Positions 59,882 through 64,000 of a stretch of 64,000 nt of DNA are shown in pieces (the first letter of the stretch is position 1; the number at the start of each line of letters is the position of its first letter). The stretch lies in assembly GCA_035508975.1 (NCBI GenBank), contig DATJMC010000110.1, forward strand, positions 2,035-66,034. The letters run 5' to 3'. Below the pieces are notes generated by a model that ran no database searches, was not told the DNA's origin, and saw only the letters and a program-made list of their open reading frames with translations. The position numbers and the translations under genes are program-made. Origin of the DNA: Terracidiphilus sp. Its GTDB lineage: Bacteria > Acidobacteriota > Terriglobia > Terriglobales > Acidobacteriaceae.

Positions 59882-61873
59882 ATGTCTTCGATTCCCGTTT
59901 CTTCGCTCGCCAGCCAGGATCTCGACTCCATTCTTCGCGAAAATCGCGTGTTTCCGCCGTCGCCGGAGTTCAGCGCCAAGGCCCACATCAAGAGCCTCGA
60001 AGAGTACGAGGCGCTCTACAAGAAGTCGATCGAGGATCCCGAGGCGTTCTGGGCAGGCGTGGCCAAAGAGCTCCACTGGTTCAAGCCTTGGAACAAGGTG
60101 CTGGAATGGGATCTGCCGTGGGCTAAATGGTTTGTGGGTGGCAAGCTCAACCTGAGCTTCAACTGTCTTGATCGGCAGGTTTCTGGGGGCCGCGCCGGCA
60201 AGACCGCGATTATCTGGGAGGGCGAACCGGGTGAAATCCGCCGCCTGAGCTACGCCGAGCTGCACACCGAAGTTCAGAAGTTCGCCAATGCCCTGAAGGC
60301 TCTCGGCATCAAGAAAGGGGATCGGATCGCCGTTTACATGGGCATGACGCCCGAGCTGGCGATCGCTCTGCTGGCCTGCGCGCGCATCGGCGCGGTGCAC
60401 TCGGTGATCTTCGGCGGATTCGCGGCCAACGCGATTGCCGACCGAGTCAACGACGCCGGTTGCGTCGCCATCCTGACCCAGGACACCAGCTACCGTCGCG
60501 GGACGGAAATCCAGCTGAAGCGTACGGTGGACGAAGCGCTGCCGGTTTGCCCGTCGGTCGAGCACGTCATCGTCTACAAGCGCACCGGATCGCCGGTACA
60601 CATGGTCACCGGGCGCGACCGCTGGTGGCACGACCTGGTTGCCAATGCGCCCACGGAATGCCCGGCCGAGCCCCTCGACTCGGAAGACCCGCTTTACATC
60701 CTCTACACCTCGGGCACGACCGGGAAACCCAAGGGGCTGGTGCATACCACCGGAGGCTACGCGGTCGGCACCTATCTCACTTCGAAGTACGTCTTCGATC
60801 TGCGCGACGACGATGTCTACTGGTGCACGGCCGATATCGGCTGGGTCACGGGGCACTCCTACGTGGTGTACGGGCCGCTGCAGAACGGCTCGACCGTGCT
60901 GATGTATGAAGGCGCGCCCAACTATCCCGATTTTTCGCGCTTCTGGAAGATTGTGGACGACCACAAGGTGACGGTCTTCTACACGGCTCCGACGGCGATT
61001 CGCGCGTTTATCAAGTGGGGCGACGAGCACGTGGAAAAGCACGATCTCGGATCGCTGCGCCTTCTTGGAACGGTCGGCGAGCCCATCAACCCCGAGGCGT
61101 GGATGTGGTACCGCGAGAAGATCGGCCACAACCGCTGCCCGATTGTGGACACGTGGTGGCAGACGGAGACGGGCGCGATCATGATCGCGCCGATTCCCGG
61201 CGCGGTGCCGACCAAGCCTGGCTCGGCGACGCGGCCGTTCTTCGGCATCCAGCCCGAAGTCGTCACCCGGCCCGACGCAAATGGCAATTTCCATACGGTT
61301 CCCCAAGGCTCGGGCGGACTGCTGGTGATTCGCAAGCCGTGGCCGTCGATGGCGCGCACGGTGTATGGCGATCCCGAGCGCTTCAAAAAGACTTACTGGT
61401 CCGATGTGCCCGGCTGCTACTTCACCGGCGATGGCGCCCGCCAGGACGCCGACGGATATTTCTGGCTCATGGGACGCGTAGATGATGTGATCAACGTCAG
61501 CGGGCACCGCCTGGGGACCATGGAAGTGGAGTCGGCGCTGGTTGCGCACTCCAAGGTTGCCGAAGCTGCGGTGGTTGGCCGACCCGACGAGCTGAAGGGC
61601 CAGGCGATCGCCGCATTTGTGACCCTCGAGTCGGGCAACCCGCCCTCGGATGCCCTGAAGGACGAGCTGAAGAAGTGGGTCGCCAAAGAGATTGGGGCAC
61701 TGGCGCGTCCCGACGACATTCGTTTTACCGAAGCCCTGCCCAAAACCCGCAGCGGCAAGATCATGCGGCGACTGTTGCGCGAGCTCGCCACCCATGGCGA
61801 GATCAAGGGCGACGTGACCACGCTCGAAGACTTCACTGTGATCGCCAAGCTGAGGGAAGCCGACGAGGGCTGA
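59882..61873 (+). CDS. acs: Acetyl-CoA synthetase
   Basis: [45 protein letters not shown]. Confidence 0.97.
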   Translation: MSSIPVSSLASQDLDSILRENRVFPPSPEFSAKAHIKSLEEYEALYKKSIEDPEAFWAGVAKELHWFKPWNKVLEWDLPWAKWFVGGKLNLSFNCLDRQVSGGRAGKTAIIWEGEPGEIRRLSYAELHTEVQKFANALKALGIKKGDRIAVYMGMTPELAIALLACARIGAVHSVIFGGFAANAIADRVNDAGCVAILTQDTSYRRGTEIQLKRTVDEALPVCPSVEHVIVYKRTGSPVHMVTGRDRWWHDLVANAPTECPAEPLDSEDPLYILYTSGTTGKPKGLVHTTGGYAVGTYLTSKYVFDLRDDDVYWCTADIGWVTGHSYVVYGPLQNGSTVLMYEGAPNYPDFSRFWKIVDDHKVTVFYTAPTAIRAFIKWGDEHVEKHDLGSLRLLGTVGEPINPEAWMWYREKIGHNRCPIVDTWWQTETGAIMIAPIPGAVPTKPGSATRPFFGIQPEVVTRPDANGNFHTVPQGSGGLLVIRKPWPSMARTVYGDPERFKKTYWSDVPGCYFTGDGARQDADGYFWLMGRVDDVINVSGHRLGTMEVESALVAHSKVAEAAVVGRPDELKGQAIAAFVTLESGNPPSDALKDELKKWVAKEIGALARPDDIRFTEALPKTRSGKIMRRLLRELATHGEIKGDVTTLEDFTVIAKLREADEG

Positions 61874-61899
61874 TCCGCGCGCCCTCTCACATTTTTAAA

Positions 61900-61926
61900 A
61901 AACTTTGCGATCTTCGATCCATCTAA
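61900..61926 (+). promoter_or_regulatory. Candidate sigmaE-like ECF promoter
   Basis: AAACTT-N16-TCTAA upstream of the second PilZ gene. Confidence 0.4.
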
Positions 61927-62113
61927 TGGGTGGTATTGCGATCGAACCGCCGAACAGGAGCTCCCGTGCCCCGCATGTCGGCAGAGCCTCCTGTCATTCT
62001 GGGTACTTTGGACGGAACACCCAGCCGGTCGGCCGGCTCGCACCGGTCGTCCCCTCGCTACAATCAGGGCATCCGGGGCCTTCGCGCGAGGATCCGGTTA
62101 TGGCGGAGGCACG

Positions 62114-63088
62114 ATGAGCATTCGCAAAGGCTGGTTTGAGAGGCTGCTCGCACCCGAGCGCGCCGACCGCCGCTCTGCCGGGCACTTCGCTGCTTATCGT
62201 CTGAAAGGCGAAGCGCTGATCCAGGAAGGCGTCCGCGACGTGAGCACCACGGGAGCTTACCTCGTGACCGAGGATCGCCTTCCGCAAAACACCCTGGTCT
62301 TTCTCACCATGCAGCAGGGGAGCGCAGTTGAGCTCAACCCCTCGCGCCGGATCACGGCCTTGTCCCGCGTCGCGCGTCACGGCGAGGACGGCGTGGGGGT
62401 CGAGTTTGTCCTTCCCGCCGATGCCGACGCCCGCGAGTGGGCCAACCTCGTCGAGAGCCTCATCCAGCAGACCCGGCCCAACGAGATGCTGGCGCTGCTC
62501 CGCATCTGCACGGCAATCCACTTTTTGAGCCGTATCTGCCCCAAGGCGACCTTCGAGATGGAGCAGCTCTTCCGCGGGCGCCTCAGCAACCACAAGATCG
62601 CCAACGCGGTGAGTATTGCGAACAAAGCCGAACAGCTGCTTGGCTCGCAAGCGAACCCCGCCGACCCCGAGCTCACCATTCGCTTGCTTGAAGCGGGCGC
62701 CTGTTCCGACGAAGAATGGCTGCGCAACCAATGGGCCGGCTTGCTGGCCTCCTGTTGCAGGTCGAACCGCAACTACGAAGCCAACCTCAGCTTCGTCGAT
62801 CTCTTCAGCCAGCTCACCGCCGCGCAAACGCGCATCATGAACCTGGTGTGTTCTCGGGCCGGCGCGAAAGAGGGCGCCACCTCGACCTTCAGGACCGACG
62901 ACCTTGCCTTCGGCATCAGCCTGCGCGAGGCGCAGATCGAACGCGACCTCGAGATTCTGTGCGACCACGGTCTGCTCAAGAAGGGATTCTCTGATTCGCG
63001 TGCGCTGCTGTTCACCGATACGGTCGAGCTTGCACCCACGCGGCTTGCGCTCGAACTGCATGCGCGTCTTCAAACAGGCACGGCGTAG
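62114..63088 (+). CDS. PilZ domain protein with C-terminal Abi-alpha/DUF4393-like region (paralog of 14083)
   Basis: RADRR and DVSTTG. C-terminal QWAGLLASC..FVDLFSQLT..RDLEILCDHGLL..PTRLA. Confidence 0.7.
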   Translation: MSIRKGWFERLLAPERADRRSAGHFAAYRLKGEALIQEGVRDVSTTGAYLVTEDRLPQNTLVFLTMQQGSAVELNPSRRITALSRVARHGEDGVGVEFVLPADADAREWANLVESLIQQTRPNEMLALLRICTAIHFLSRICPKATFEMEQLFRGRLSNHKIANAVSIANKAEQLLGSQANPADPELTIRLLEAGACSDEEWLRNQWAGLLASCCRSNRNYEANLSFVDLFSQLTAAQTRIMNLVCSRAGAKEGATSTFRTDDLAFGISLREAQIERDLEILCDHGLLKKGFSDSRALLFTDTVELAPTRLALELHARLQTGTA

Positions 63089-63123
63089 AGCAGGGCTTCA
63101 TCCAATGAGAAAACTGCCGGCTC

Positions 63124-63999
63124 TTACCCGGTTTGCGCCTGGGAGTTTTGCGCGTTGGGAGAGCTGCGCTTGGTGAGGCCGCCGCGAATCTGGTTCACAG
63201 TCACGATCCACGGAACCGCGAGGGAAAAAACCAGCCGCGCCAGCAGCACCTGCGGCTTGAGCGTACGCGGGAAGAGCCAGTCCTGGTGAAAGGCGAAATG
63301 AAGCGCCAGAACGGCGACGACCGCCAGCGGAATCCACGTCCAGGGCAGCGCGGCCACAGCGGCCACTTCGCCTAGGCAGCGTCCAGCGTTGCGGAATAGG
63401 CGGTTCCTCCGCGCGCCCAGAATTCCATCGCTCACCGCATAGCGGGCGAGTTGCGCGCACGCCGACTTGAAGGTGTTTTGCGGGCGGTAGATTGCCTTCG
63501 CATTCTGCACAAAGGCCGGTTGCGTGGCGCGGCGAGCCTCCAGGTCAAACAACGTGTCTTCGCCGTAGAAGACCGTTTCCGGAAATCCGCCGAGCCGCTG
63601 CCATAGCTCCCGTGTAAAGGCCATGGAGCGCGCGGTGCACGACTTGGTGGGCGCCGAGGGTGAGAACTTCACACCGAAAAATGGCGCCGAGGCAAGATCC
63701 CACACCGTGGGGTCGGTCATGTCGAGGCACGATCCGCCCAAAGCGTATTCGGCTTCACCGCGAGCGAGCGGCGCAGTCAGTTCCGCCAGCCAGTTGGGCG
63801 CGTACGTGCAACCGGCGTCCACGCAGGCGATCAGGTTTGAGGTAGCGGCGGCGATGGCGACGTTGCGTCCCTTGGAGATGGGTCCCGGCGTGAGTCGCAG
63901 ATTGCACGTTTCGTCGCGAATCGGCCTGAGCGCGCAATGCTCTCGCGCCGCTTCGGTGAGCCACTCCCAGGTGCCATCGCTGGACCCGCCATCGACGAT
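63124..63999 (-). CDS. Glycosyltransferase family 2 (5' truncated by window end)
   Basis: The frame is open to the window edge: IVDGGSSDGT..ISKGRNVAI..ACVDAG..LGGFPE..GEDT. Confidence 0.88.
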   Translation of the reverse strand: MVDGGSSDGTWEWLTEAAREHCALRPIRDETCNLRLTPGPISKGRNVAIAAATSNLIACVDAGCTYAPNWLAELTAPLARGEAEYALGGSCLDMTDPTVWDLASAPFFGVKFSPSAPTKSCTARSMAFTRELWQRLGGFPETVFYGEDTLFDLEARRATQPAFVQNAKAIYRPQNTFKSACAQLARYAVSDGILGARRNRLFRNAGRCLGEVAAVAALPWTWIPLAVVAVLALHFAFHQDWLFPRTLKPQVLLARLVFSLAVPWIVTVNQIRGGLTKRSSPNAQNSQAQTG

Positions 64000-64000
64000 G

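Overview
GC-rich bacterial chromosomal segment. The protein families look like Acidobacteriota subdivision 1; this taxonomy is an inference. Most of the window is housekeeping: nucleoside salvage (cdd, pdp/deoA, nupC), a cheA-W-Y-B-R operon, lhr-nei, a PBP1B-like gene, proS, kdsD, glnS-gltX, ispD/ispF, tilS-ftsH, tonB, galE, an AAA+/VWA pair, pntAB and acs. I found no tRNA, rRNA, CRISPR array, transposase or prophage. The best finding is absent from the ORF track. It is a 28-aa, 7-cysteine metallothionein-like peptide (2980-3066, MQTDETVSCPCGDECPCGPVCPCPKSCD) with a perfect Shine-Dalgarno and an ECF-type promoter. It lies directly upstream of a CorE-like ECF sigma factor that has a linker CxC and a Cys-rich tail. 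Together they form a candidate two-gene metal sensing and buffering circuit with no anti-sigma factor. Other leads: two GGA-rich non-coding regions resembling CsrA-sponge RNAs (one behind a sigma54 promoter), two paralogous PilZ/Abi-alpha(DUF4393)-like fusion proteins, a protease-dead M48-like protein behind tonB, and short tandem repeats inserted in frame in genes.
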